Shown here in pieces: positions 40,836-50,785 of a stretch of DNA of 64,000 bases. Under the pieces are notes generated by a model, which did not search any database, was not told the DNA's origin, and worked only from the letters and a program-made list of their open reading frames with translations. The stretch lies in contig JAZUQP010000002.1 of assembly GCA_045605785.1 (NCBI GenBank), positions 38,378-102,377 of the forward strand. The letters are read 5' to 3'. The stretch is from Alistipes sp. GTDB lineage: Bacteria > Bacteroidota > Bacteroidia > Bacteroidales > Rikenellaceae. The translations under genes and the position numbers were made by a program. Within the stretch, counting starts at the first letter, position 1, and the number at the start of each line of letters is the position of its first letter.

Positions 40836-41630
40836 TTAACTCATCGCGGCAAGCAGCCAATTGACCCCTTCAGCCATCGAGACCCACCCTACGAGGTCCA
40901 ACAGACAGACGATGACAATGGCGATGGTGAAGTAGCGGACAAACTTCACCCCCCAACCAATGGCGTAGTGCGAAGCGAGGAAGGCTCCGATGATATTACC
41001 CAGGCCGTGTAACAGACCGTAGGCGTAGTCCACCTGGCCGTTATACATGAAGACCAACATCGAGAAGGGGCTCGACACGAATATCACAAAGCCCTTGAGG
41101 ATATTCGCCGTAACGATATCGAGGTGGAGGGTCCAAATCGTGATCGCCAACACCACATAGCCCAGGCCGATGTAGATATAACCGCCATAGAAGCCGATCA
41201 GGAAGAACCAAAGGTAGTGCCAGGGGTTGAGTTTGAGGGCATGACCCGCCGGCAGGTGGCTCTTGTGGCGGTCGAATATCATATAGATGAGGATGATGGC
41301 CAACACCACCCCGAGGCAAATCTTAAAGATTTTCTCGTCGAGCTGGGTTGCCAACATCGAGCCTGCGATGTTACCGATGATGGTAGGTATGGAGAGCAAG
41401 AGCCCCGCCTTCACATCGAGCATCCGTTTGCGGATGAAGGTGAGCGACGAGGTGAGGTTTTGCAACACCACCGCGATGCGATTCGTACCATTGGCCATCG
41501 TGATGGGGAGGCCCATGGCCGTAAAGATCGAGATGGTGAGCACCGTACCTCCTCCGGCAAGCGTGTTGATGACGCCGACCAAGATGCCGGATGCAATCAA
41601 CAAGGTTATCACTTGCCAGGTAAGCTCCAT
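40836..41630 (-). CDS. TauE/SafE (TSUP) family transporter
   Basis: INTLAGGG, ANGTNR, GFYGG multi-TM pattern. Confidence 0.88.
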   Translation of the reverse strand: MELTWQVITLLIASGILVGVINTLAGGGTVLTISIFTAMGLPITMANGTNRIAVVLQNLTSSLTFIRKRMLDVKAGLLLSIPTIIGNIAGSMLATQLDEKIFKICLGVVLAIILIYMIFDRHKSHLPAGHALKLNPWHYLWFFLIGFYGGYIYIGLGYVVLAITIWTLHLDIVTANILKGFVIFVSSPFSMLVFMYNGQVDYAYGLLHGLGNIIGAFLASHYAIGWGVKFVRYFTIAIVIVCLLDLVGWVSMAEGVNWLLAAMS

Positions 41631-41662
41631 ATTACAAATTTAAGTTTAATTCAAACGCGGGA

Positions 41663-42421
41663 TTAGAGAATCTGAAACTCGTCGCGGTCTTTCCATGCGG
41701 GGAAGGCGTCGCGGAAGCGCTCCTGGGCCTTCAGGTCAATCTCGGCCACCAGAATAGCCTCCTCGTCGGCAGCCTCCTTGAGGATGCGGCCGCGGAAGTC
41801 GATAATCTGCGAGTCGCCGGCATAGTGCGAAGCGGGATCATCGCCCACACGGTTTACGCCAAAGACATAGGCCTGGTTCTCGACGGCGCGGGCACGCAGC
41901 AGAATCTTCCAGGGCTCGCGGCGGTCGGCAGCCCACGAGGCGCAATAGAGGATGGCGTCGTAATCACCACAATTGCGGCTCCATACGGGGAAGCGGAGGT
42001 CGTAGCAGATCAGCAGCAGGAAGCGCACACCCATATACTCCACCACCACGCGCTCCTGACCGGGGGTGTAGTCACGGCCCTCACCGCCCGGGCGGAAGAG
42101 GTGGCGTTTGTCGTACCAGGTCATCTCGCCCGAGGGCTTCACAAAGAACATACGGTTGCGGAACTTACCCTCCTCATCGACGATGACAATACTGCCGACC
42201 ACCGCCTTCTGGTACTTCTGCGCCCAACCGCGCATGGCGGCAATCGTGGGGCCATCCATCGGCTCGGCCACAGCCGAAGCGCGAAGTTTGAAACCCGTGG
42301 AGAACATCTCGGGCAAAAGAACCAGGTCGGCATCGGCACGAGCAATCAACTCTTCGGCTACGGGGAGGTTGCTTGCCGCATTCTCCCACTGCATATCATA
42401 CTGACAAACAGCTACTTTCAT
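41663..42421 (-). CDS. Nitrilase-family amidohydrolase (omega-amidase-like)
   Basis: LPEMFSTGF, YDKRHLF, ICYDLRFP, RAVENQ, GVNRVG; start set at MKVAV. Confidence 0.92.
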   Translation of the reverse strand: MKVAVCQYDMQWENAASNLPVAEELIARADADLVLLPEMFSTGFKLRASAVAEPMDGPTIAAMRGWAQKYQKAVVGSIVIVDEEGKFRNRMFFVKPSGEMTWYDKRHLFRPGGEGRDYTPGQERVVVEYMGVRFLLLICYDLRFPVWSRNCGDYDAILYCASWAADRREPWKILLRARAVENQAYVFGVNRVGDDPASHYAGDSQIIDFRGRILKEAADEEAILVAEIDLKAQERFRDAFPAWKDRDEFQIL

Positions 42422-42585
42422 CTTTTTAACAATTAAATTGGAGTCTTTTTTGCTATTACAACTCCGGGTTGGTTTTAGGTTTTCGTTTTTTAGGTAATTA
42501 CAAATATAACAAAAAATTCGCAAACTCTTCAACATTTCACTCCTTTTCGCTACCTTTGTCGAAAATTTCACTACAACAGAAGCCT

Positions 42586-43428
42586 ATGTTACGCGCCGGT
42601 CGCACCTATACCCTTACCGTCAGCCGCATTTCGGACTACGGTCTCTACCTCGCCGATGAGGAGCAGCAGGAGGTTCTCCTGCCCAACCGATTTATCTCGC
42701 TGCAAGATAAGGTGGGCGATCAAAAGGAGGTCTTCATATACCACGATTCGGAGGACAGATTGGTAGCCTCGACCGAGACGCCTCTTCTGAAGGTGGGCGA
42801 GGCCGGCTTCCTGAAGGTGGTCGACAAGAGCGTACACGGTGCCTTCCTCGAGTGGGGTCTCTTTGGCAAGGATCTCTTCCTTCCCAACCGCAACCAGCAG
42901 GGGGGTGTAACCTCTTCGCGCCCCGTATTGGTCTACCTCTACGAAGACAACATCACGGGGCGTTGCGTGGCGACCCAAAAGCTCAAGCAGTATATCCACA
43001 ACGAGGGCGACATCACGGTAAAGCCCCGCGAGGAGGTGCAGATATTGGTAGCCTCCGAGAGTCCCATCGGCTGGCGCGTGATTATCAACAACCGCCACTG
43101 GGGTATGCTCTACCGCAACCAACTCTTCCGTCCCGTCGCGCTCGGCGACCGCTTTACGGCCTATGTGAGCCGCATCACGGAGGATAACCGCATTGATGTC
43201 AGTCTCCAGCAGCAGGGCTACCGCGAGGTGCAGAACAGTGCCGAGCGTCTGCGCGAAATCATCCTCAACAACGGCGGATTCCTCCCTCTGGATGACAACT
43301 CATCGCCCGAGGAGGTGCAGAAGATGACGCAAATGAGCAAAAAGCTTTTCAAGCGCTCGTTGGGCGTACTGCTCAAGGGGGGCGAGGTGGAGTTCCTGCA
43401 CGGGGGCGTAAAGCTCATCAAAAAGTAA
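42586..43428 (+). CDS. cvfB: CvfB-family S1 RNA-binding protein
   Basis: VLLPNR, FIYHDSEDRLVAST, GAFLEWG..KDLF, MSKKLFKRSLG; promoter TACCTTTG at 42551. Confidence 0.85.
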   Translation: MLRAGRTYTLTVSRISDYGLYLADEEQQEVLLPNRFISLQDKVGDQKEVFIYHDSEDRLVASTETPLLKVGEAGFLKVVDKSVHGAFLEWGLFGKDLFLPNRNQQGGVTSSRPVLVYLYEDNITGRCVATQKLKQYIHNEGDITVKPREEVQILVASESPIGWRVIINNRHWGMLYRNQLFRPVALGDRFTAYVSRITEDNRIDVSLQQQGYREVQNSAERLREIILNNGGFLPLDDNSSPEEVQKMTQMSKKLFKRSLGVLLKGGEVEFLHGGVKLIKK

Positions 43429-43431
43429 TCC

Positions 43432-44190
43432 ATGAAGAAGATTGTTACGGCCGAGCGCGTATCGCGCGACCCTTCGGACAACTTCGTCTTTCAGCGCTCG
43501 CTGCTGGCCTACCACGAAGCCGCCAAGCGCATCCGCGGACGGGTGCTGGAGATTGGCACCGGCTCGGGCTACGGCGTGGAGGTGATTGCCCCCCATGCCG
43601 AGGAGTTCGTCACGCTCGACAAGTTCCGCTGCGAGGTGGAGCTGCCACCCCAGGTGAAGCAGCTCACCGCCACGGTACCTCCCCTGCCCTTTGCCAACGA
43701 GGAGTTCGACTGCGTCATCTCGTTTCAGGTCATCGAACACATCAAAAAGGACGATGTACTCATTCGGGAGATTGCCCGCGTCTTGAAGCCCGGCGGAGTG
43801 ATGATTCTCTCGACCCCCAACCGCCTCATGTCGCTCACGCGCAACCCCTGGCACATCCGCGAATACAGTGCCGAGGAGTTCTATCGTCTGATGGTCCCCC
43901 ACTTTGCACAGGTGGAGCAGTTGGGCGTCGAGGGCAACGAGCAGGTGATGGCCTACTACGAGAAGAACCGCGAGGGGGTGCGCCGCATCACCCGCTTCGA
44001 TCCGCTGAAGTTGCAGTACCGCCTGCCGCGTTGGATGCTGCAAATCCCCTACGACATCCTAAACCGCCTCAACCGCCGCCGACTGCTTAGCGAGAACAGC
44101 GCGCTGACCTCCTCGATTCGCATGGAGGACTACCGCCTCTGCGAGGTACACGACCGCTGCTTCGACCTCTTCTACATAGCCCACAAGTAG
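43432..44190 (+). CDS. Class I SAM-dependent methyltransferase
   Basis: VLEIGTGSGYG, FQVIEH, RVLKPGG..STPN. Confidence 0.9.
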   Translation: MKKIVTAERVSRDPSDNFVFQRSLLAYHEAAKRIRGRVLEIGTGSGYGVEVIAPHAEEFVTLDKFRCEVELPPQVKQLTATVPPLPFANEEFDCVISFQVIEHIKKDDVLIREIARVLKPGGVMILSTPNRLMSLTRNPWHIREYSAEEFYRLMVPHFAQVEQLGVEGNEQVMAYYEKNREGVRRITRFDPLKLQYRLPRWMLQIPYDILNRLNRRRLLSENSALTSSIRMEDYRLCEVHDRCFDLFYIAHK

Positions 44191-44212
44191 TCGTTCGGTT
44201 GTATTGCTGACG

Positions 44213-44254
44213 AAACAGAGAGGGAGCCATGCGATTGCATGGCTCCCTCTGTTT
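44213..44254. terminator. Hairpin between convergent genes
   Basis: AAACAGAGAGGGAGCCATGC-gatt-GCATGGCTCCCTCTGTTT. Confidence 0.8.
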
Positions 44255-44268
44255 GCAGGACTGCTTGA

Positions 44269-45489
44269 TTAGTCGCCCCAGCCCGTGCTATCCTCGAAGC
44301 TATCCTCCGACGAGGGGGTGTAGTAGGCGTCGAACTCGACATTGTACTCCCCATTCTCGTTATAGCCGTTCAGATAGTAGCCGTTGCGAGCGTAGGCGTC
44401 GGCATTCATCTCCTCCTCGGTGATGAAGTCCTCGGCATCGAACATCAGATCCTCGAAACGGTTGATCGAGAGCTGGTAGGTGGCGTAGTTGGCCCAATAC
44501 TTGGCGTAGATGGCCAAATTGCCCAGGATATCGCCCGTAGCGCCATTGCGCACGATGGGTTTGCCGGCAAAGCGGGCATAACCGCTCGAGCGTACCACAT
44601 AGATACCGGCATTACCGGTCTGGGTGGGCAGACCCGAGAAGGAGAAGAGCACCGAACCGTAGAGGTTGGCCGCATTGGGATAGACCTTCTCGTTGAAGCC
44701 CCACTGGTACCAATACTTGCTCACTACGGGGCGCACATTGGTATCCATCCACGAGGGATAGATGTTGCCATCCACCTCGCCATACTCGCAGGTAACGCCC
44801 TGAATCCATACCAGACGACCCAACTTATCGACATTGTTCTGTCCGAAGAAGTCGTTCATGTTGGCAGCCGTGATGACGAGGATGTCGCCCTCGGCCACCG
44901 AAAGCTCGGTAGGCTCACCCACCTTGACATGCTTGGCAATGGTGGTGGGGTTCTCAATGTTGGAGTTGGCGTAGAACTTGTGCTCGCCCACCTTGTTGTA
45001 GGAGCTCGAGGGGGCGCCACCAATCGAGAGCATCATGCGGTAGTTACCCAGGTAGAGGCCCTTGAGCTTCACATAGACCCAGGTCGAGGGCATCGTACCG
45101 GTCTCGCGGTCGAAGTGGCCCACGGGGTACTTCAGGTAGTTACCGGTGCCGAGCTTGATCTCGATGGCACCCGTAGCGTCGCAGATGTAGAGCGACTTAT
45201 AGACATTACCCTCCTCGTCGCTCGACTGCACCTTGCCCTTGATGTAGATGTCATCCTCGATTTGGAGATACTTCGTATCACCCCACGAGGTGTTGTCGCC
45301 CGTATGCTCCAGCGTATCGAACTCATCCAGGAAGAGCTGCTTCACCTGGGCAATGGTACGATACTCCATACCGGCAAAGTCCTCGTCGGTATATACCTTG
45401 GCAGGCGCAGGGGTATCGAAGTCGTTGTAGCAGCCAACCGCAGCAACCGCCACGGCAAGCATCAAACATACTTTATAGATATTTTTCAT
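44269..45489 (-). CDS. DUF5689-like (OB-fold) lipoprotein
   Basis: Lipobox VGC; IKGKVQSSDEEGNVYKSLYICD.TGAIEI; VRSSGYARFA. Confidence 0.75.
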   Translation of the reverse strand: MKNIYKVCLMLAVAVAAVGCYNDFDTPAPAKVYTDEDFAGMEYRTIAQVKQLFLDEFDTLEHTGDNTSWGDTKYLQIEDDIYIKGKVQSSDEEGNVYKSLYICDATGAIEIKLGTGNYLKYPVGHFDRETGTMPSTWVYVKLKGLYLGNYRMMLSIGGAPSSSYNKVGEHKFYANSNIENPTTIAKHVKVGEPTELSVAEGDILVITAANMNDFFGQNNVDKLGRLVWIQGVTCEYGEVDGNIYPSWMDTNVRPVVSKYWYQWGFNEKVYPNAANLYGSVLFSFSGLPTQTGNAGIYVVRSSGYARFAGKPIVRNGATGDILGNLAIYAKYWANYATYQLSINRFEDLMFDAEDFITEEEMNADAYARNGYYLNGYNENGEYNVEFDAYYTPSSEDSFEDSTGWGD

Positions 45490-45511
45490 AGTCGTCATAA
45501 CGGTTTAGCGA

Positions 45512-48349
45512 TTAGAAACGGAAGTAGACATTCAGGTAGTAGGTCGTACCCAACAGGTAGAAGTACTTCGAGTCGAAAGGAGCGTAGTAGCGAATCGACT
45601 GCTTGTCCTGATTTACATAGGTACGCTGCGAGAGTCGCATCTGCTCATAACCACCCGTGCGGATATCCTGATTGTTCAGCAGATTCTTGATCTCGAGGCT
45701 GAAGCCGAGCTGGTAGCTGTAGCGGATATACCAGGTCTTACCGATGCTGGCGTTGAGCGTGAAGGCGGCATCGAGCTTCTCCTCTTGGCTCAAGGCCGTC
45801 AGGGCCTCATACTTCAGCGCACCGGGGAGGCTGGGCTCCTGACCACCGCGAATCACCGTCTGGTAGGCCGAAACGGTACGACGCGCGGGGTTCATCGAGA
45901 GGTAGTTGTGGGCGTAGTAGTTCCAGTCGAGCGAAGCGAACCAGTTGTTGTCGCTGCGGAACGAGAGACCGATATTCAGGGCCGTCTGGGGCGTGGACTC
46001 TACGCGGTAGCCATCCCAGAGCACCTTATCGCGGGCAACCACTACCGTGCTGTTATCCACCGTCTGCACGAAGTCGGCATCCGAGGTGTAGCGGTAGTCA
46101 CCCAACGAGAGGGCTCCATTGAGCGAGAGACCCTTGTAGAGGGGAGCCGAGAAGGCGAACTCGATACCCATATAGCGCTGGTCGATGCCACTCATCGCAA
46201 AGTTCGTAAACGACGACTGCGTATCATCGTAGAAGGAGATGACGCGGGCCTGGTCGTTGATGGTGGTGTAGTAACCCGACAGGCGGGCCTTCAGCCAACG
46301 CAGATTGAGGTTGTAGGTAAGGTCGGCACCAAAGATCTTCTCGGTCGTGAGGCCCGGGGTTACATCGTTACGCGTACGCGACGATACGAAGGCATCGCGG
46401 AAGGTGGGGGCGTTCTCCATGTAGGCAACATTGGCCGAGAGCGAGTGGGCACCCGAGAAGCGGTAAGCGAACTCACCCTTGAGCTTGTAGGTCAAAAAGT
46501 CAAGCTTCTCGGAGTTGCCGAGCGACGAATCCATGAAGAGACCCTTCTGCCAGAGACCCTCACGCCACATATCGACATAGCCGACCTCACCACCGAGGCT
46601 CATCTCAAAGCCACCGAACTTGGCGTCGTACATCGCCCACAGCGAGGCGTTGCGCACATGAGCGTAGTAGTCGTAGCTCACCTTGTCGCCCTCCTTGGCG
46701 TGGCGAGCCTCGCCATGCTCACGGTAGTAGGCCACATCGTTCTGATAGAGCAGCGGATCGTCACCCATATCACGACGGGCGAACTTGTCGATATCGAGCC
46801 AATACTCACCACCGAGCAGATCCTTCACCTCGTTGTAGTACTCCGTGCGGTTGATGCGGGCAGCCAGACCGCCACGAATCTTCATCGTATTGCGGAACGA
46901 GTGCGAGAAGTTGACCACGAAGTTGAAGTCGCGCTGATCGGTGTGGCGCTCCTCGATCATGTAGTTGGCGCTCTCACCCTGCTTGTTGCGGTTGTAGTTC
47001 TCGCGATACATCTCGTCGAACTTGATGCGGCTCTTGGCAGGATCGGTCTGCCACTCCTGGGCCGTGAGAAGGGCGAGCTGGTTGTAGGTCATCTGCGTCG
47101 TGGGATCGACCTCCAACGAGGGGTCGGTGCGGTACGAACGATTCAGATAGAAACTCGGCAGGTAGCGGTAGTAGTCGGGGCGGGGATCCTGACCATCCAT
47201 CCAGGTGAGGGCCGAGTAGCCGTTCTGACCAAAGCGGAACGAGGCGGCAGCCGAGAGCTTCGTGCGATCCGAGATATCGAAGTTGTAGTTGAGCATGGCA
47301 ATCGGCTCGTGGTACTCGCGTACACGGGTATTGCGCTCCTCACCACACTGAAGACCCACATTGGGATTGTAGTAGTTGTTGCCCAACAGGTCGTAGGCCT
47401 CCTGGGTCGATGCCTGCTGTGCACCACGCTGCGTGGGGGTGCCGAGCACCGTGAGAGCCAGGGCGTGGCGGTCGTGGCCAAAGCGCTTCTCCACCGAGGC
47501 GAAGTAACCGAAGGCGTTGTAGAAGATACCGTCCACATAGCCGTTACCACCCTGACGGGTCGATACCGAGAGGGCATACGACCAACCGTTGTCCAGCAGA
47601 CCCGAGCCGTAGCTGACCATCACACGGAAGCGATACATCGAGTTACCATTCACAACGCTGGCACGGAAGCCCTTTCTCACCTGCGAGGCGCGGGCATTGA
47701 CATTGGTCGTACCGCCCACACCGTCGATACCGAAGCCCGACGACTCCAGACCGGCCGTATTCTCCTGGTTACGCGTAGCGTCGTTCAGACCGCTCCACAG
47801 CGACCAGGGGCCAAAGCCCGTCAGGGCGTCGTTGAAACGGATGCCATTGAGGTAGATCGACGAGTACTGCGAGTCGTAACCGCGCACATTGAAGCGCATC
47901 TCCGAAAATTTGTAGGAGGCGATATTGTTGAACAGGTCACGCGACGAGGAGAGCGACGAGGGGACAGCCTGCGCATCGCCCGAGGTCTCGGTGTCGAACT
48001 CGGCGAAGACCGAGTCGTCGATAATGGTCTGCATATCGGGCACGAGCGATACATAACCCGTATCCTTGACCATCTTCTCTACGCGTACAGCCACCTGGGA
48101 GGGCTCAAACTCGGGGGTCTCAAACTTCAAGTTGTAGATACCCGAAGGGAGCCCCTCGAAGAGGAAGTTACCCTCCGAATCGGTCAGCACCTCCAGGTCC
48201 AACCCCTCGATGCTCACCTTCACATTGCTCAACGCCGTACGGTCATCACGCGATACGACGCGTCCCTTCACGCCACCACTCTCTTGGGCCGAAACCACAA
48301 GCGACGAGAGCGCAAAGGCGACAATCAGAAGTAAATTTTTAATCTTCAT
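45512..48349 (-). CDS. TonB-dependent receptor with an N-terminal carboxypeptidase-regulatory-like domain (not SusC-type, no SusD partner)
   Basis: FNVRGYDS..YLNGI, GVGGTTN plug; C-terminal YFYLLGTTYYLNVYFRF. Confidence 0.88.
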   Translation of the reverse strand: MKIKNLLLIVAFALSSLVVSAQESGGVKGRVVSRDDRTALSNVKVSIEGLDLEVLTDSEGNFLFEGLPSGIYNLKFETPEFEPSQVAVRVEKMVKDTGYVSLVPDMQTIIDDSVFAEFDTETSGDAQAVPSSLSSSRDLFNNIASYKFSEMRFNVRGYDSQYSSIYLNGIRFNDALTGFGPWSLWSGLNDATRNQENTAGLESSGFGIDGVGGTTNVNARASQVRKGFRASVVNGNSMYRFRVMVSYGSGLLDNGWSYALSVSTRQGGNGYVDGIFYNAFGYFASVEKRFGHDRHALALTVLGTPTQRGAQQASTQEAYDLLGNNYYNPNVGLQCGEERNTRVREYHEPIAMLNYNFDISDRTKLSAAASFRFGQNGYSALTWMDGQDPRPDYYRYLPSFYLNRSYRTDPSLEVDPTTQMTYNQLALLTAQEWQTDPAKSRIKFDEMYRENYNRNKQGESANYMIEERHTDQRDFNFVVNFSHSFRNTMKIRGGLAARINRTEYYNEVKDLLGGEYWLDIDKFARRDMGDDPLLYQNDVAYYREHGEARHAKEGDKVSYDYYAHVRNASLWAMYDAKFGGFEMSLGGEVGYVDMWREGLWQKGLFMDSSLGNSEKLDFLTYKLKGEFAYRFSGAHSLSANVAYMENAPTFRDAFVSSRTRNDVTPGLTTEKIFGADLTYNLNLRWLKARLSGYYTTINDQARVISFYDDTQSSFTNFAMSGIDQRYMGIEFAFSAPLYKGLSLNGALSLGDYRYTSDADFVQTVDNSTVVVARDKVLWDGYRVESTPQTALNIGLSFRSDNNWFASLDWNYYAHNYLSMNPARRTVSAYQTVIRGGQEPSLPGALKYEALTALSQEEKLDAAFTLNASIGKTWYIRYSYQLGFSLEIKNLLNNQDIRTGGYEQMRLSQRTYVNQDKQSIRYYAPFDSKYFYLLGTTYYLNVYFRF

Positions 48350-48366
48350 ATATACGTTGGTTTTTG

Positions 48367-49416
48367 TTAGTCGATAAAGATCATCACGGGGAAGTGGTCG
48401 CTGAAACCACCCTGGAAGTTGTTACCCACATAGGTACGCAGGGGGTAGTTCTTGTACTGACCCTCCTTCTGACGCAGATAGGGACGGTCGAAGATATAGC
48501 CGTAGAATCGGCGATCGGCCTTCTGGAGCTTCAGCTTGCCGGTCGAGCCCGTAGCCAGGTTCTCCGACACCACGATGTTGTCGAACAGATTCCAGGCATC
48601 GCGGTAGGCCAGCGTACCGTGACCCGCCTTCAACAGATTGACAAAGGGGTTATAGTAGCCATTCTCGGGAATCTCGTCGATGTCGCCACAGCCACCTAAG
48701 GTCTCCATCACGCTGTCGTCGGTGGCGTCGTCATTGAAGTCACCCATCATCACCACCTTCGTGGCGGGGTTGGCGGCACGTACCGAGTCGGCAGCCTCGC
48801 GCATCAGCGTAGCAGCACGCTCACGCAGGTAGGCCGAGGCAAACTGTCCACCACGGCGCGAGGGCCAGTGGGCCACCATGAAGTAGAAGGGCTCACCTTC
48901 GATGGTACCCCACATCGTCACGATGTCGCGCGTATAGAAGTCGGGGCGACCCTCGAGCGTATAGGGGATGGCGGCACTACCCTCCAACTTGAAGGCGTCG
49001 GCACGGTAGATGAAGCCCACATCGACACCACGGCGGTCGGGCGAGTCGTAGTGGCAGATGCGGTAGCGGGCCGGAGCCAGCATGCGCTGCGAAACGAGCT
49101 CCTCCAGCACGGCGCGGTTCTCGATCTCCGAGACTCCGATGACCACGGGATAGTCGGCCAGGGTAACCTTCTCACCCTTATTCACCATCGTAATGTCGGC
49201 AAAGACCTTTTCGAGGTTCTGCATCTTCTTTGCGAACTTCGTCTCGTTCCACTTCTTGGGCCCGTCGGGCAGGAACTCGTCATCGTTCTTCTCGGGGTCA
49301 TCCACCAGGTCGAAGAGGTTTTCGAGGTTGTAGAAGACCACCTTGTGAGGTTTCTGGGCCCAAGCGCCGAGCGTCAGCGTCAAGAGAAGGGCCGAAAGTG
49401 TCAATTTCTTTATCAT
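48367..49416 (-). CDS. Exported endonuclease/exonuclease/phosphatase (EEP) family protein
   Basis: FYNLENLFD, GVSEIEN, DSPDRRGVDV, HWPSR, MGDFND, WNLFD, GFSDHFPV. Confidence 0.92.
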   Translation of the reverse strand: MIKKLTLSALLLTLTLGAWAQKPHKVVFYNLENLFDLVDDPEKNDDEFLPDGPKKWNETKFAKKMQNLEKVFADITMVNKGEKVTLADYPVVIGVSEIENRAVLEELVSQRMLAPARYRICHYDSPDRRGVDVGFIYRADAFKLEGSAAIPYTLEGRPDFYTRDIVTMWGTIEGEPFYFMVAHWPSRRGGQFASAYLRERAATLMREAADSVRAANPATKVVMMGDFNDDATDDSVMETLGGCGDIDEIPENGYYNPFVNLLKAGHGTLAYRDAWNLFDNIVVSENLATGSTGKLKLQKADRRFYGYIFDRPYLRQKEGQYKNYPLRTYVGNNFQGGFSDHFPVMIFID

Positions 49417-49439
49417 AGTTGTTGAGTTTGTTTTCATCC

Positions 49440-50678
49440 TTAACGAATACCCCATTCGGCGGCATTACACTGCGACTTGACAGCTTGCTCGACCGAGCTG
49501 TCGAGCATCGGGAAGAGGCGGATACCGATCTTCTGCTCCAACTCGGCCACCGAAATCATATACTCGGAGGCGTTACCCTTGTTTCCATCCGCCGAGTTGG
49601 GGGCCCAATAGGCGATCGCCTTCAACTGCGAGGGGTCGGTAATCTGGTCAATCGACTTGCCCGTCGAGCCACTGCGTGTGCGTAACATCGCCTTGTAGCA
49701 GTGCGAGGGGATGGTGATGCACTTGCCGGCCTTGTCGGTGGTGGTACCCTGACTACCCCACGCTCCCGTGACACAGTAGAGCGTATCGGCGCAGGCCTGC
49801 TTCGTACAGGCACCCTCGACATCGTTCCACAGCCCCCCGTTGAAGTCGTAGTGCTGGGGCATGATGTTGGTCGAGTAGAAGGTTTGGGCGTTCAGCTCGT
49901 CGGAGTAGCTCACATAGCGGTGGTTCGACATCACCTGGTGGCCTCTCACCCACGAGCCACGATAGGAGCCTATCGAGAGGTCGGTCTGATACTCGATGGG
50001 GATTTTGGGGTCGTACTGCCAATCGTCGGTGCGGCGGTAGGTGCCCGACATATAGCACTTATGGATCGGATAGGCACACCAAACAGCATAGCCAAGCTCG
50101 GTATCGAAGCAGAGCGAGTAGTTGCGCACACGCTTGCCCGAAGCGATATCGGCATAGTGGGTAACGGTTATGCGGTTCTCGCTCGGCGCGTAGTCGGGCA
50201 GCTCGGCCCAGGGCTTGTAGAAGAGCGAAGGGCGATCGAAGACCCCCTGCGTAAGGGTGAGCACGACGGGGGGCATCTCATCGATCGTAACGCGGATGGT
50301 TGCCACGCGCGGCTCCACGGTCATGTTCGAGGCGAGGTAGATCTTCTCCACACGCCTGTTGAGCGCCAAGACACCCGACTTCTCGGTTGCCTTCGTCTGG
50401 CGCGAAGTCCAACACCACGAGGGCTCCTGCTGCTCAATCTCGATCAGGTAGCCGCAACCGGCTCCGGCTACGAGTTCGATATCGTACTCGGCCTCATAGC
50501 CGCCGACCCTCAGTTCGCTCACGCCACCGCCATAGGGGAAGCAGACACTGACATGATCGCCCTTGGGAGGGGTATCCTCCACGGTCGAACAGCTGGTGCA
50601 CATCAGCATACTCAAGCTGAAGATCATCACCGAGTATTGCAGGATGCGCCGATAGATATGAATGGTACTATTCATCAA
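49440..50678 (-). CDS. DNA/RNA non-specific endonuclease lipoprotein with an N-terminal BACON-like region
   Basis: RTDDWQYDP, RGHQ, TFYSTNIMPQ..FNGGLW, IPSHCYKA. Confidence 0.9.
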   Translation of the reverse strand: MMNSTIHIYRRILQYSVMIFSLSMLMCTSCSTVEDTPPKGDHVSVCFPYGGGVSELRVGGYEAEYDIELVAGAGCGYLIEIEQQEPSWCWTSRQTKATEKSGVLALNRRVEKIYLASNMTVEPRVATIRVTIDEMPPVVLTLTQGVFDRPSLFYKPWAELPDYAPSENRITVTHYADIASGKRVRNYSLCFDTELGYAVWCAYPIHKCYMSGTYRRTDDWQYDPKIPIEYQTDLSIGSYRGSWVRGHQVMSNHRYVSYSDELNAQTFYSTNIMPQHYDFNGGLWNDVEGACTKQACADTLYCVTGAWGSQGTTTDKAGKCITIPSHCYKAMLRTRSGSTGKSIDQITDPSQLKAIAYWAPNSADGNKGNASEYMISVAELEQKIGIRLFPMLDSSVEQAVKSQCNAAEWGIR

Positions 50679-50785
50679 TTATAAATAGGTATGAGTCGTT
50701 TGTTTCGTCTTCATTAGGGAGTGCCCGGGCGATCAAGCCCGAGCACCCAAAGCGACAAACTCACAAGGGGATTTGTCGTAAAAAA